Source: Candidatus Methanomethylophilaceae archaeon (GTDB lineage: Archaea > Thermoplasmatota > Thermoplasmata > Methanomassiliicoccales > Methanomethylophilaceae). Taken from it: a stretch of DNA of 64,000 bases. The position numbers were made by a program, and so were the translations under genes. The number at the start of each line of letters is the position of its first letter. Within the stretch, counting starts at the first letter, position 1. Shown piece by piece: positions 18,432 through 28,677 of this stretch. Location of the stretch: contig JBMNHS010000001.1 of assembly GCA_050950505.1 (NCBI GenBank), forward strand, positions 1,024,001-1,088,000, given 5' to 3'. The notes under the pieces are model-generated. The model worked only from the letters and a program-made list of their open reading frames with translations. It searched no databases and was not told the origin of the DNA.

Positions 18432-19559
18432 ATGAAGGGATCGGATCTGTCAAACAATGATGAAAATCGATACTACAGGAAGCTCGATCACTTCATAGTA
18501 AAATATTTTCCGTTGGTGATTCTGTTTTGTCTGATTCTTGTTGCAGGGTACATTGTAAGAAGCTCTGCCAGCGAGATTCATGAGTATGTCTACAACATCT
18601 GTCTGGGATTCGCTTCGGGATTCGTTCTTTTCGGAATCATATGTTTGTTGTTTATGGACAAACCCATCGTGAAATACCGTTATTTCGTGCCTCCGATGCT
18701 GGTGGTCCCGATTCTGCTCTCCGTGGCACTGTTTGAATTCGGCGGGTCCGAATTCACTCCGAACATATTCATCAGTCAGTTCTATCTGTTCATGTTCGGG
18801 GGGGACGTTACCCTGAAAACGGTAATAATGGGTTGTTATGTCATCGAATTGACGATACTGTCCGTGACCGCGGCGGTATCCACGGTGATTTCCGCATATT
18901 TCAGAAAATATTTTTCAAAGATACTGATCGGTCCGATCAAAAACAATCCCAACCCAACCGTCAATAAAGTTTCCCTCTGGCTGTTCAATATACCTGATGT
19001 TTTGGATATCCACGACGTTGTGCTGGAACCGGAACCCGACGACGGAAAATTCAACAGAAGGGTTTTTTGGGAAATCATGTCCCGTATAATGCTGTCCGGC
19101 ATCGTAATCTGTTCTTTCATATTCCTGAGCCCTTATTTTATCAGTGAAATGCCGATAGAAATCATGTTGATGACATCGGTGCTTCTTTCACTGTTCATTT
19201 CGGCACTGGTTGTGCCCTGGCATATTATCAGGTGCATCGGAGTGAAAGCAAAATCCGATGCACCCAGAGATGTTTATCTCTGGAAAGGGATGAGTAAAAG
19301 ACTTACCACCAGTGCGATGGTCGTAATGTTCTTTTTGTTGTTGTTCACGATGCTGGCATATCTTCAGATGGATCTGGCCAAAGTTTTCATCATATACGCA
19401 AGCTACGGAATCTTCATAACATTGATTTCGGCATTCTATTCTTTCTTCTATGTTAACAACTTTTACTACCGTTTCAAAAGCGGAATGGAAAAAAGTTTTG
19501 AATCCGAAAAAGAAAAGATGTACGAAACGATAAAAAAAAGGTCTGAACGACCTTTGTGA
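18432..19559 (+). CDS. Multi-pass membrane protein, unknown function
   Basis: About 8 hydrophobic segments. Confidence 0.75.
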   Translation: MKGSDLSNNDENRYYRKLDHFIVKYFPLVILFCLILVAGYIVRSSASEIHEYVYNICLGFASGFVLFGIICLLFMDKPIVKYRYFVPPMLVVPILLSVALFEFGGSEFTPNIFISQFYLFMFGGDVTLKTVIMGCYVIELTILSVTAAVSTVISAYFRKYFSKILIGPIKNNPNPTVNKVSLWLFNIPDVLDIHDVVLEPEPDDGKFNRRVFWEIMSRIMLSGIVICSFIFLSPYFISEMPIEIMLMTSVLLSLFISALVVPWHIIRCIGVKAKSDAPRDVYLWKGMSKRLTTSAMVVMFFLLLFTMLAYLQMDLAKVFIIYASYGIFITLISAFYSFFYVNNFYYRFKSGMEKSFESEKEKMYETIKKRSERPL

Positions 19560-19564
19560 AAATA

Positions 19565-19789
19565 TCAGATATACTCCTGAATCTTTCCGTCTTTTCCGTG
19601 AACGGAAATCTTGGCATCCGCGTTTTTGGATTTCAGTTCCTTCGCTTTCTTCAAAGCCTCCGCTTTTGTGTTGTAGTATCCTATCGCTCTCTCCGCACCG
19701 TCGGCTTTGATCCGCCACTTGTTGCGTTCTTTGTCGGGAGTCACTCTGTATATCTTGGTGTTTGATTTCTTATTGTCATCTTTGGACAT
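19565..19789 (-). CDS. DUF2188-like small protein
   Basis: W.IKADGAERA...TKAEA...VHGKDGKIQE. Confidence 0.8.
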   Translation of the reverse strand: MSKDDNKKSNTKIYRVTPDKERNKWRIKADGAERAIGYYNTKAEALKKAKELKSKNADAKISVHGKDGKIQEYI

Positions 19790-19815
19790 GTCATTAAAAA
19801 CTGATTTCCAGATAT

Positions 19816-20259
19816 TTAATCCTTGGACAGTCCGAGGACATTTCTTATGGATTTGCCGAGATTTTCCGGGTTATCGAAAACCCTTCCCTTCAACGCTCCG
19901 GTAATCATGAAATTATCCCTGCCGTACTCTGAAGTGCGGACATCGGTTTTTATTCCGAAGCACTCAATTCCGGAGGCATAGGCGATTCCGAGTTCCACGC
20001 AGGCCCCCTCGTCCGGAACCCTTCCGTCCATTACCATGACCAGCACATCACAGGAAAGCAAGGCGACGAGATCCATGTTGAAAATTTCCCTGTATGCTTC
20101 GTCAGGTCGGGATTTTATAAGTTCCTCTATATCGGATTCCAAATCCTGAGGAAGAATGACGGTGAACCCTTCTTCTGTGAGTTTCTCTGCCAATTTTCTG
20201 TTGTAATCCAATTCGGCTTCGCAGAACAGCGGAGCCGCCAGGTAAATCTTCACGGACAT
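19816..20259 (-). CDS. Nucleoside 2-deoxyribosyltransferase family protein
   Basis: KIYLAAPLF, PDEGACVELGIAYA, NFMI. Confidence 0.88.
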   Translation of the reverse strand: MSVKIYLAAPLFCEAELDYNRKLAEKLTEEGFTVILPQDLESDIEELIKSRPDEAYREIFNMDLVALLSCDVLVMVMDGRVPDEGACVELGIAYASGIECFGIKTDVRTSEYGRDNFMITGALKGRVFDNPENLGKSIRNVLGLSKD

Positions 20260-20326
20260 ATCCTCGAACTCCAGGTATGATACAACGTTCCTAAGGATTA
20301 TAACACAGTCGCACATATCCGGAATC

Positions 20327-20956
20327 ATGAGGAACTCCGCATTCGAAATCATGGAAAGAGCCAAACGTCAGAACAACAGCGGCAATTCCGAAGGCGCCGC
20401 CAAAACCTTGGAGGATTATCTTGCCACCGATCCGGGAAATCACAAGGCGCGAATCCTTCTTTCCAACATTTACATATACAATCTCGAAGAGTTCGAATTC
20501 GGTATTTTTCAGCTTGACGCAGTTTTGGAAAGGGACCCGGAAAACATCGAATGCATGAAAGCCAAAGCCACCGCCCTGAGCGCATACAAAAAATACAACA
20601 AGGAAACCGACGAGCTTTATCAACACATACTTCAAGCCGACCCCTCCGCCGAAGTCTACAACGCTTACGGAAAATTTCTGAGAATGCAATTGTTGGATTT
20701 CAGAAAATCCGCCGAACATTTCCTCAAAGCCATCGAACTCGAACCCAATGACGTGGATTACAGAATCAACTACGTTTCTGTTCTTCTGAACGATCTTAAG
20801 GAATATGCCAGGGCAAAAAAAGAACTGGAAATACTGCTGAAACTGGATCCTGAAAACTACACCGTCAGAAAGAATCTGACCCAGCTTATGAAACAACATT
20901 TCGACAAAGACGGAAATCTGAAAAAAGGATATTTCCACCGTCCCAAAAAGATTTGA
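20327..20956 (+). CDS. Tetratricopeptide repeat protein
   Basis: Repeated helix-pair motifs ending DP.N / EPND. Confidence 0.8.
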   Translation: MRNSAFEIMERAKRQNNSGNSEGAAKTLEDYLATDPGNHKARILLSNIYIYNLEEFEFGIFQLDAVLERDPENIECMKAKATALSAYKKYNKETDELYQHILQADPSAEVYNAYGKFLRMQLLDFRKSAEHFLKAIELEPNDVDYRINYVSVLLNDLKEYARAKKELEILLKLDPENYTVRKNLTQLMKQHFDKDGNLKKGYFHRPKKI

Positions 20957-21031
20957 TTCGGATTACCCTTAATATATTCGATTGGGAAAGTACATTATAT
21001 AAGATTACTTTTTAGCAGACCGGGTGAAAAC

Positions 21032-21571
21032 ATGGAACTTAAAGGATCCAAGACCGAAGCCAACCTCAATACCGCTTTTGCGGGAGAGAGCATGGCCAGA
21101 AACAAGTACTCCTATTATGCCTCTCAGGCAAACAAGGACGGATACGTGCAGATTTCGAACATATTCCTTGAAACCGCAGACAATGAAAAAGAGCATGCAA
21201 AACTCTGGTTCAAGGCACTCTGCGGAGGATCTATTCCCGATACCGTGACCAACCTTAAGGATGCGGCCGCCGGTGAGAAATACGAATACGACGAGATGTA
21301 CCCCGAGTTCGCCAGAGTCGCACGCGAAGAAGGTTTCGACGACATTGCGACCCTCTTTGAGAATGTGGGGGAAGTCGAGAAGCATCACGAAGCCAGATAC
21401 CTGGCTTTCCTCAAGAACCTCGAAGAGGGCGTCGTCTTCAAGAGAGGCGAAGCAGTCATGTGGAAGTGCAACAACTGCGGTCACATACACGTGGGCAAGG
21501 AAGCTCCCGAAGAGTGCCCCGCATGTCATCACGCACAGAAGTACTTCGAAATCAGAGCGACCAACTGGTAA
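21032..21571 (+). CDS. rbr: Rubrerythrin
   Basis: AFAGESMARNKY, EKEHA, EKHHE, WKCNNCG...CPACHH. Confidence 0.95.
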   Translation: MELKGSKTEANLNTAFAGESMARNKYSYYASQANKDGYVQISNIFLETADNEKEHAKLWFKALCGGSIPDTVTNLKDAAAGEKYEYDEMYPEFARVAREEGFDDIATLFENVGEVEKHHEARYLAFLKNLEEGVVFKRGEAVMWKCNNCGHIHVGKEAPEECPACHHAQKYFEIRATNW

Positions 21572-21783
21572 GTCCGATAACGATTCAAACCCTTTACCCC
21601 TTCGGGGATTTTTTCAGAACGCATAAACAATACATCAATCTCGGAAGGCATCGAATCCTTCGGCACCGCAATTGACAATAACCTGTTCCGGTCCTGCTAT
21701 GTTGCGTAAACAGCCGGAGCTGTTCGGTATAGTTTTCAGATATACGCATCCGGGAATAAAGTACGGAGGGCGGTTGTTTCCGC

Positions 21784-23688
21784 TTATCTCAACCTTATTG
21801 TTTCCAGATTCAGAGGCGCTTTGGTCTCAATGCCGTATTTTTTGTAAAGCGATGAAGCCAGATCCGAGCACTTGCGGTCTTCGCCGTGTCCGATGATGAT
21901 CCTGTCGGGACGGGGTTCCATGGTCGAGATGTATTTCATCATCTGTTTTCTGTCCGAGTGACCGGAGAAACCGTCCAGAGTTTCCCTCTGCATTCTGATT
22001 TTCAGGTTGATGGAGTTTCCGCGGTGGTTAAGGGTGATTTCGTTGCGTCCCCTCTGTATGGTTCTTCCGATGCTTCCCTCACTTTGATAGCCCACAAAGA
22101 GCAGCCAGTTCCTTTCGTCATCCGCCCACTCTCTGAAGTATTCCATGACCGGACCCCCGGACATCATACCGCTGGTGGCCAAAACGATACATGGATCGGG
22201 GGAGTGGCATATTTCCTCCCTCATGCTCTGGGTTTCCACCCTCTTGAATATGGGTGAAAGGAAAGGATTTTCGTCCTGCTGGAATATTTTGGTTCTGAGC
22301 TGGGTGTTGAGGAATTCGGGATATGCGGTATGAATCGCGGTGGCCTCCCATATCATTCCGTCCAGATACACGTCAAGTTTGGGAATCTTGCCGGTTCTCA
22401 TGAGTTCTTCGATGACCAACATCACTTCCTGGGATCTTCCGACGGCAAAAACAGGAATCAAAACCTTTCCGCCGCTCTCGGTTGCCTGTTTCAGCACTTT
22501 GCCCATTTCTTCGCTGGCATCGCTTCTGGAAGGCTGAACGTCGTTCCTCCCTCCGTATGTGGATTCTATCACCAGGGACTCGAGCCGGGGGAATTTGTTG
22601 TGGGCCGGGTTGAACAGCCAGGTCTTTTCAAATTTGGAGTCTCCGCTGAACGCAATGTTATGGAGACCGTCCCCGATGTGGAAATGGGCGATGGATGAAC
22701 CCAGAATATGTCCCGCATTGTACATCGTGAGACGTATGTCGGGGGAGATATCCGTGGTTTCGTTGTATCTCATGGTGATGGTGTGCATGATTTCCTTGCG
22801 GACGTCCTTGGCTTCATAGAGATTTTTCTTGCCTTCGCCGAAACCGAGTTTGATGTTGTCCAATTGGAGCAGAGCCATCAGATCTCTTGTGGGAGCGGTG
22901 CAGTAAACCGGTCCTTCGTAACCGTATTTGAACAAAGCCGGAAGAGTTCCGCTGTGGTCCAAGTGGGCGTGAGTGATGACGACCGCATCGATTTCACTGA
23001 GCGGCTGTATCTCGGGAATTGCGAAATAAGGCGTATCGTCGCTGCCGGGATCCAATCCGCAGTCGATCAAGATTTTGCTTTCTTTCGTCATAAGCAACGA
23101 AGCCGAACGGCCGACCTGCCTGAATCCTCCAAGCGCGGTCATTCTGACCCATTGTTCCCCGCCCAATGTGGGGCGGGCAAGTCTTTTGGCGACCCTCTGA
23201 AGCATAGACTGACGTTCAGATTTGTAATTTCTCAGGTATCCTCGGACATCCGCCACGGTTTTGGAAGGAATCGGAGGCGTCCGCATGACTTTGACGTTCC
23301 ATCCGGTTTCTTGCTTGAGATTGAGAATCAATGCACCCTCGCTGCCCTTCACGACATCGGGTTTTATGGCTTCAACAATAGCCTCTCCGGTATCGTCATT
23401 GAAAAATATATCGAAGATTCCGGCCTCTTCGGGGATAAGTTCCCTTAGTTTGGATTCGACAACATCGGGATCTCCCAGTGTGGACGGATCCGGCCTTATG
23501 TCGACTCTTTTGTGGAGTCCCTGGGCAAGATCTCTCGCGGTTTTGTTGTCTCCGGATACCTTATCGTATTCCTTTGTGTAAATAACAACCATCGGGCCTT
23601 CGAAGTCTATCGAAGATATCTCCAGCGTATCGGGAGCAAGTCTCTTCACCTCTTCCCTGAGGTTATCAAATAATCTGTCTGCGTTCAT
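21784..23688 (-). CDS. fttA: aCPSF1/FttA beta-CASP ribonuclease (transcription termination factor)
   Basis: N-terminal KH domains, THAHLDHSG, AGHILGS, ESTYG, GFSGHSD; downstream of psmB. Confidence 0.95.
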   Translation of the reverse strand: MNADRLFDNLREEVKRLAPDTLEISSIDFEGPMVVIYTKEYDKVSGDNKTARDLAQGLHKRVDIRPDPSTLGDPDVVESKLRELIPEEAGIFDIFFNDDTGEAIVEAIKPDVVKGSEGALILNLKQETGWNVKVMRTPPIPSKTVADVRGYLRNYKSERQSMLQRVAKRLARPTLGGEQWVRMTALGGFRQVGRSASLLMTKESKILIDCGLDPGSDDTPYFAIPEIQPLSEIDAVVITHAHLDHSGTLPALFKYGYEGPVYCTAPTRDLMALLQLDNIKLGFGEGKKNLYEAKDVRKEIMHTITMRYNETTDISPDIRLTMYNAGHILGSSIAHFHIGDGLHNIAFSGDSKFEKTWLFNPAHNKFPRLESLVIESTYGGRNDVQPSRSDASEEMGKVLKQATESGGKVLIPVFAVGRSQEVMLVIEELMRTGKIPKLDVYLDGMIWEATAIHTAYPEFLNTQLRTKIFQQDENPFLSPIFKRVETQSMREEICHSPDPCIVLATSGMMSGGPVMEYFREWADDERNWLLFVGYQSEGSIGRTIQRGRNEITLNHRGNSINLKIRMQRETLDGFSGHSDRKQMMKYISTMEPRPDRIIIGHGEDRKCSDLASSLYKKYGIETKAPLNLETIRLR

Positions 23689-23757
23689 TCGAATCCTACC
23701 AAGGCGACATTAGAAATTAAGTCGTCAAATGTTAAAAATAACGGTTTGAAAAAAGTT

Positions 23758-24393
23758 TCAGTTGGGATACAGAAATCCGAGTTTCTCGCAACGTTTCTTT
23801 ATTTCGTCCTGCGGAATCTCCTGATACCCGTCTTCCCCTATGAAAGCCATCATGAAGCCGTCACCGCTGTAAGCGTCTCTTCTCCTGGATGAGTTGAGTG
23901 CGGTGATCGCCACATCGATTCCCTCTTCTTTGGTCATGTCTTCTTTGAAATAGGATTCCAAAGATCCCAATGCGAAGACGGATCCCGAACCAACTGACAT
24001 ATAGTTGTCTTCAAGACATCCTCCGGCTCCGTCGATGGTGTAAACGTGTCCGCCGGTGGAGTCGTATCCGCCGACGATGAGGCCGAGGTAAAAGCCCTGT
24101 CTTATGGCGTTGGAAACCAGCGTTGCAGCGGCTTTGACGGTTATGGGCATACCCTTTTTCATTCTGTAAAGAGCTATTTCACCCGTCATGTATCTGACCA
24201 TCAACTGAGCATCGCCGACAACGCCTGCGATGGTCATTCCGATGCTGTCGGACAAGGGGTAGACCTTTCTCACGTCTTTGTTGGCAATCAAGTTGCCTGC
24301 GGTCGCTCTCTGATCAGTGGCCAGTATAACGCCTTCTTTCAATTTCAGACCGATTGTGGTGGTGCCGGTTTTAAGATGTTGTTCATCTGACAT
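23758..24393 (-). CDS. psmB: Proteasome beta subunit
   Basis: Propeptide then KTG/TTTIG, DQRATAG, GSGS. Confidence 0.96.
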   Translation of the reverse strand: MSDEQHLKTGTTTIGLKLKEGVILATDQRATAGNLIANKDVRKVYPLSDSIGMTIAGVVGDAQLMVRYMTGEIALYRMKKGMPITVKAAATLVSNAIRQGFYLGLIVGGYDSTGGHVYTIDGAGGCLEDNYMSVGSGSVFALGSLESYFKEDMTKEEGIDVAITALNSSRRRDAYSGDGFMMAFIGEDGYQEIPQDEIKKRCEKLGFLYPN

Positions 24394-24667
24394 TTATTTA
24401 CCTCATATGTTGAACAATAAGAACAAGTCACGTTGGACTCAGCACTCCATCGACTCGACCGTTATATAATTATTGATTAAAAGCCGAGACCCGCGGAAGC
24501 TGTTTCCGGTTCTGTTACGGCATTGTGCTTAGGGGTATAAGTCTATATCGAAATCTTATTTTCGGTTCCGTTCAAGTTCTGCAAAAAATAAATTTAGTTC
24601 CGCGTCATCCCATGACCGTGCTTCGGCGAGGGACGCATCTTCCGAACCGAAGCGGAGCATCGCTGAA

Positions 24668-26211
24668 ATGAACGGAACCGAAAAAAGAAACGGAATTTCC
24701 GGAATCGACGTTTCCCGTTACGGGAAAGAGATTTCCGAATTTGAAAAAAAGATCATTGATTACGACAAAGGAAAACTTGAACTGAAAGAATACAAACCGA
24801 TATCGGGGAATTTCGGCGTCATTCCCCAACGGGACGGCAAACACGCCGTGAGATTGCGGATGGCCGGCGGAGCAGTGAATGCCGAAAAATTGAGATTCAT
24901 TCTGAACAAGGCGAAAGAACACAATGCGGGTTTCATTCACCTTACCACCTGCCAGACGGTACAGATGCACGGTCTGTCCGGCGAACAGGCCGTTGATGTG
25001 ATACGTTCGGCGACGGATGTCGGTATTTTCACAAAGGGCGGCGGCGGAAACAATCCCCGGAACGTTGCCGCATCCCCTCTTTCCGGGAAGGATCCCGCCG
25101 AAGTCTTCGATGTTCTGCCGTTCGCACAAGCCACGGAGAAATACATTCTCGGGACAATCGACGAATGGAATTTTCCGAGCAAGTTCAAGATATCGTTTTC
25201 CAACGGTGCGGATTATGAAGTCAACGCCGTCGCGAAGGACTTGGGTTTTGTCGCCGCCGGGGATTCATTTGACGTATACCTCGGAGGCGGCATGGGCAAC
25301 AAAGGTTCCAGAACCGGAGTCAGGGTCGTGGAAGGATTGGATCCGAACAAAACGCTGTATGCCGTGGAAGCCGCCTTTTTCCTGTTCACACGGCACGGTC
25401 CGGGGGAGAGCCGGGCCGAATCCAGATTCAGGTTCCTCAGAGACCGTTTGGGCGAGGAAAAATTCGTCTCGGAATTCATGGACGACTTCAGAATATCCGA
25501 AGAAAGAGGCGGTTTGGATCTCAACATCGGATTGTCATTCGGCAACGGCAAAATCAACGGATGCACCAAAAGCATGACGGTTCAGAAAAACGGGAAATAT
25601 TCCGTGAAAATCGTACCTCACGGAGGAGACCCCTCCCTCGAAGAATTGGAAGTTTTTCTCGGACTGTTGGAGAGCAATCCGGAATACGGAATGCGGTTGG
25701 GCTCCGACCAATCGATTTACCTCACGGATCTTGACGGAAACATCGCTGACGGAGATTGCTTCCGAGGTATCCCGTGAAATCGAAATTCGGCAGTTCTCTG
25801 GCCTGTGTCGGATATCCTCTGTGTCAGACAGGAAGACGGAACTCCCGGGGGGTTTTGAAAACTCTGACGGACATGGAAGAGTCCGCGGGACTTCCCGACG
25901 GCGCTTTGCCGAAAATCGCCATATCCGGATGCGGTTCATCCTGTACCTGCCATCAGTTGTTCCCGATAGGGCTGAGGGGTTCATCGATAAAAACCGAGGA
26001 CGGAACCGTTTCCGCATTTGAAGTGCATATCGGAGGGAGTTCGGTCGCCGGCGAAGAAAAGACGGGAAAGGTAATCGGAGACGTGCCCGAAGCGTCGTTG
26101 CCGGAACTTTTCAGGACAATCGGCAAGGAAGCCTCCAAAAAAGGATTCGATGAATGGATTCTGACGAACGGGGAACGTTTGGAAGAACTCGTAAAAGCTT
26201 TTTATGTATGA
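24668..26211 (+). pseudogene. Nitrite/sulfite reductase (siroheme, 4Fe-4S) split by a 1-nt frameshift near 25750
   Basis: ORF1: VRLRMAGG, IHLTTCQTVQ, RNVAASP, PSKFKISFS. ORF2 (-1 frame): ACVGYPLC, KIAISGCGSSC. Confidence 0.75.
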
Positions 26212-26303
26212 TACGGATAGCGAAAGAGTTTGGAACGTAGATTGATTCTAATGCTAGAATTGATTACATAGGGTCCATTGTCAGAGAACACAGAAGGTGA
26301 ATC

Positions 26304-28538
26304 ATGGAAGTAGAAGATTGGTTGGGCCGGGATAATCAGATCGGAATTGATATTTGGCAGAAGAAATATTGTCACAGAGGCGAGTCCTTTGACAGTTGGC
26401 TTGACCGCGTATCCGCGGGAAACGCGGACGTCCGGAGACTGACCGCGGAAAAGAAATTCCTTTTCGGCGGCCGCATTCTGGCCAACCGGGGACTTCACAA
26501 ATCCGGAATCAAAGTCACCTATTCCAATTGTTACGTAATCACTCCGCCGGAAGATTCCATCGAATCGATATTCGAAGCCGCCGGGAAACTTGCGAGAACC
26601 TTCAGTTACGGAGGCGGTGCCGGAATCGATTTGTCGAAACTGGCTCCCAGAGGGGCAAAAATAAACAACACGGCGTCGGAAACATCCGGTTCGGTCTCGT
26701 TCACAGATCTTTACTCAATGGTCACCGGACTCATCGGCCAGCACGGACGCCGCGGTGCTTTGATGCTCACGATTTCATGCGAACATCCGGACATGGAAGA
26801 GTTCATGAAAGTCAAGACGGACCTTGACCGGGTCACCAAAGCCAACATGTCCATCCGCATGACCGACGAATTCATGACCGCGGTAAAAGAAAAGAAAAAC
26901 TTCGTTCAGAGATTCACAAGACCCGAAACCAATGAAACCGTGAAGAAAAATCTGAACGCCTACGAATTCTTCCGGGAGATGTGCAAAGCAAACTGGGATT
27001 TCGGGGAGCCGGGGTGTCTTTTCTGGGATTTCATTTCCGACTGGAACCTTCTCAGCGAATTCCCGGATTACGAATATGCCGGAACCAATCCCTGCGGCGA
27101 AGAACCCCTTCCCGCCGGAGGAAGCTGTCTTCTCGGAAGCATAAACCTTGCAGCCTTCGTCAACAGAGAAGGCATGTTCATGGAAGACGAGTTCAAAGAA
27201 GCCGTGAGAATCAGCGTCCGGGGACTCAACGAAGTTCTTGACGAAGGACTGCCGCTGCACCCTCTTGAAGAACAGAGGGAATCGGTAAACGATTGGAGGC
27301 AGATAGGGTTGGGAATCATGGGTTTGGCGGATATGCTGATCAAACTCAGACTCAGATACGGTTCTCCCGAATCCATAGATTTCTGCGACAGATTGGCATT
27401 CATGATGGCCGATACGGCAATAAACGAGTCGGCCGTGATAGCTTCGGAAATAGGAACATTTCCCAAATGCGTCACCGAACATCTTCTGAACTCCGGATAT
27501 TTCAAGGAAAACACCACCCAGGAGACCAAAGACCTGGTTGCAAAACACGGCTTGAGAAACTCTCAGATTCTTACCATCGCCCCTACTGGAACCCTTTCCA
27601 CCATGTTGGGGATTTCGGGCGGAATAGAGCCTATATTCGCGAACTACTACGAGCGCAGAACAGTGTCTCTTTCCGACAGGGATGAGTATTACAAGGTTTA
27701 CACTCCGATAATCAAAGAATTCATGGAAGACCACGGATATCAGGACGATTCCGATCTTCCCGATTATTTCACCAACGCCCAGGTGTTGGATTACAGGGAA
27801 CGCATCAACATGCAGTCCGCCTGGCAGAAACGCATCGACGCGTCCATAAGTTCAACCGTGAACCTTCACAGCGATTTCCCGTTGGAAAACGTGGAAGACA
27901 TTTACATGTACGCCTGGGAAAAGAAATGCAAAGGCATAACCGTGTTCAGGGACGGTTGCATGCGTGACAGCATCCTCACCCCCCAGGAATCAGAAAAGAA
28001 AGAAACTTCCGAACTCTCCGCCGAAGAAAAGAAGAAGAGAGGTTTGGTCGTCGAAGTCGCCGATGACGTCATAGGCAGAAAGAGAAAACTGATGACCGGA
28101 TGCGGCAGTCTGCACTGCACCGCGTTCTTCGATCCGAATACCGGGGATTTGGTGGAAGTATATCTCAACAAAGGTTCGACGGGAGGATGCAACAACTTCA
28201 TGATCGGTCTGTCAAGGATGATTTCTTTGGCTGCCAGAAGCGGCTGCGATGTGTTCTCGATAGTGGACCAGCTAAAGAGCTGCGGATCCTGTCCTTCGTA
28301 CACGGTACGCACGTTCACGAAGCGCGACACAAGCAAAGGTTCCTGCTGTCCGGCCGCGGTCGGATATGCACTCGTTGACATGTGGAAGGAACTGCAGATT
28401 GAAATTAAGGGCGTGGAGAAAATGCCTTCTGAACCCGAAAGGAAGGTCATCAACCCCTGTCCCATGTGCGGTTCCGAATTGGAATTCCAGGGAGGCTGCA
28501 ACGTCTGCAGGGTCTGTGGTTGGACCAAGTGTGATTAA
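26304..28538 (+). CDS. nrdJ: Class II (adenosylcobalamin-dependent) ribonucleotide reductase with C-terminal TSCPD and Zn-ribbon domains
   Basis: SNCYV, RRGALM, TNPCGEEPL, CLLGSINL, IAPTGT, ISSTVN, KGITVFRDG, CPMCG...CRVCG. Confidence 0.93.
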   Translation: MEVEDWLGRDNQIGIDIWQKKYCHRGESFDSWLDRVSAGNADVRRLTAEKKFLFGGRILANRGLHKSGIKVTYSNCYVITPPEDSIESIFEAAGKLARTFSYGGGAGIDLSKLAPRGAKINNTASETSGSVSFTDLYSMVTGLIGQHGRRGALMLTISCEHPDMEEFMKVKTDLDRVTKANMSIRMTDEFMTAVKEKKNFVQRFTRPETNETVKKNLNAYEFFREMCKANWDFGEPGCLFWDFISDWNLLSEFPDYEYAGTNPCGEEPLPAGGSCLLGSINLAAFVNREGMFMEDEFKEAVRISVRGLNEVLDEGLPLHPLEEQRESVNDWRQIGLGIMGLADMLIKLRLRYGSPESIDFCDRLAFMMADTAINESAVIASEIGTFPKCVTEHLLNSGYFKENTTQETKDLVAKHGLRNSQILTIAPTGTLSTMLGISGGIEPIFANYYERRTVSLSDRDEYYKVYTPIIKEFMEDHGYQDDSDLPDYFTNAQVLDYRERINMQSAWQKRIDASISSTVNLHSDFPLENVEDIYMYAWEKKCKGITVFRDGCMRDSILTPQESEKKETSELSAEEKKKRGLVVEVADDVIGRKRKLMTGCGSLHCTAFFDPNTGDLVEVYLNKGSTGGCNNFMIGLSRMISLAARSGCDVFSIVDQLKSCGSCPSYTVRTFTKRDTSKGSCCPAAVGYALVDMWKELQIEIKGVEKMPSEPERKVINPCPMCGSELEFQGGCNVCRVCGWTKCD

Positions 28539-28677
28539 TAGCACAAACTGCATAGTTTCAAACGAGGGGGCAGCGATAAGACCTGTTCTACGCGCACGAC
28601 ATACTACCGTGCAGCTCAAATAAAAAATTCAGACAGGCCCGCGTTGAGCCTTTCGTTCACCCCCTCACACCCTTTCT

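Noticed and set aside
24425-24460. Riboswitch-like leader of psmB (GATGGAGTGCTGAGTCC)
   Set aside because: Only a short imperfect hairpin; lacks the fluoride riboswitch pseudoknot pattern.
28540-28677. Possible ncRNA between nrdJ and the Tad platform gene
   Set aside because: Explained by convergent terminator hairpins and a T-tract; no promoter or known motif.
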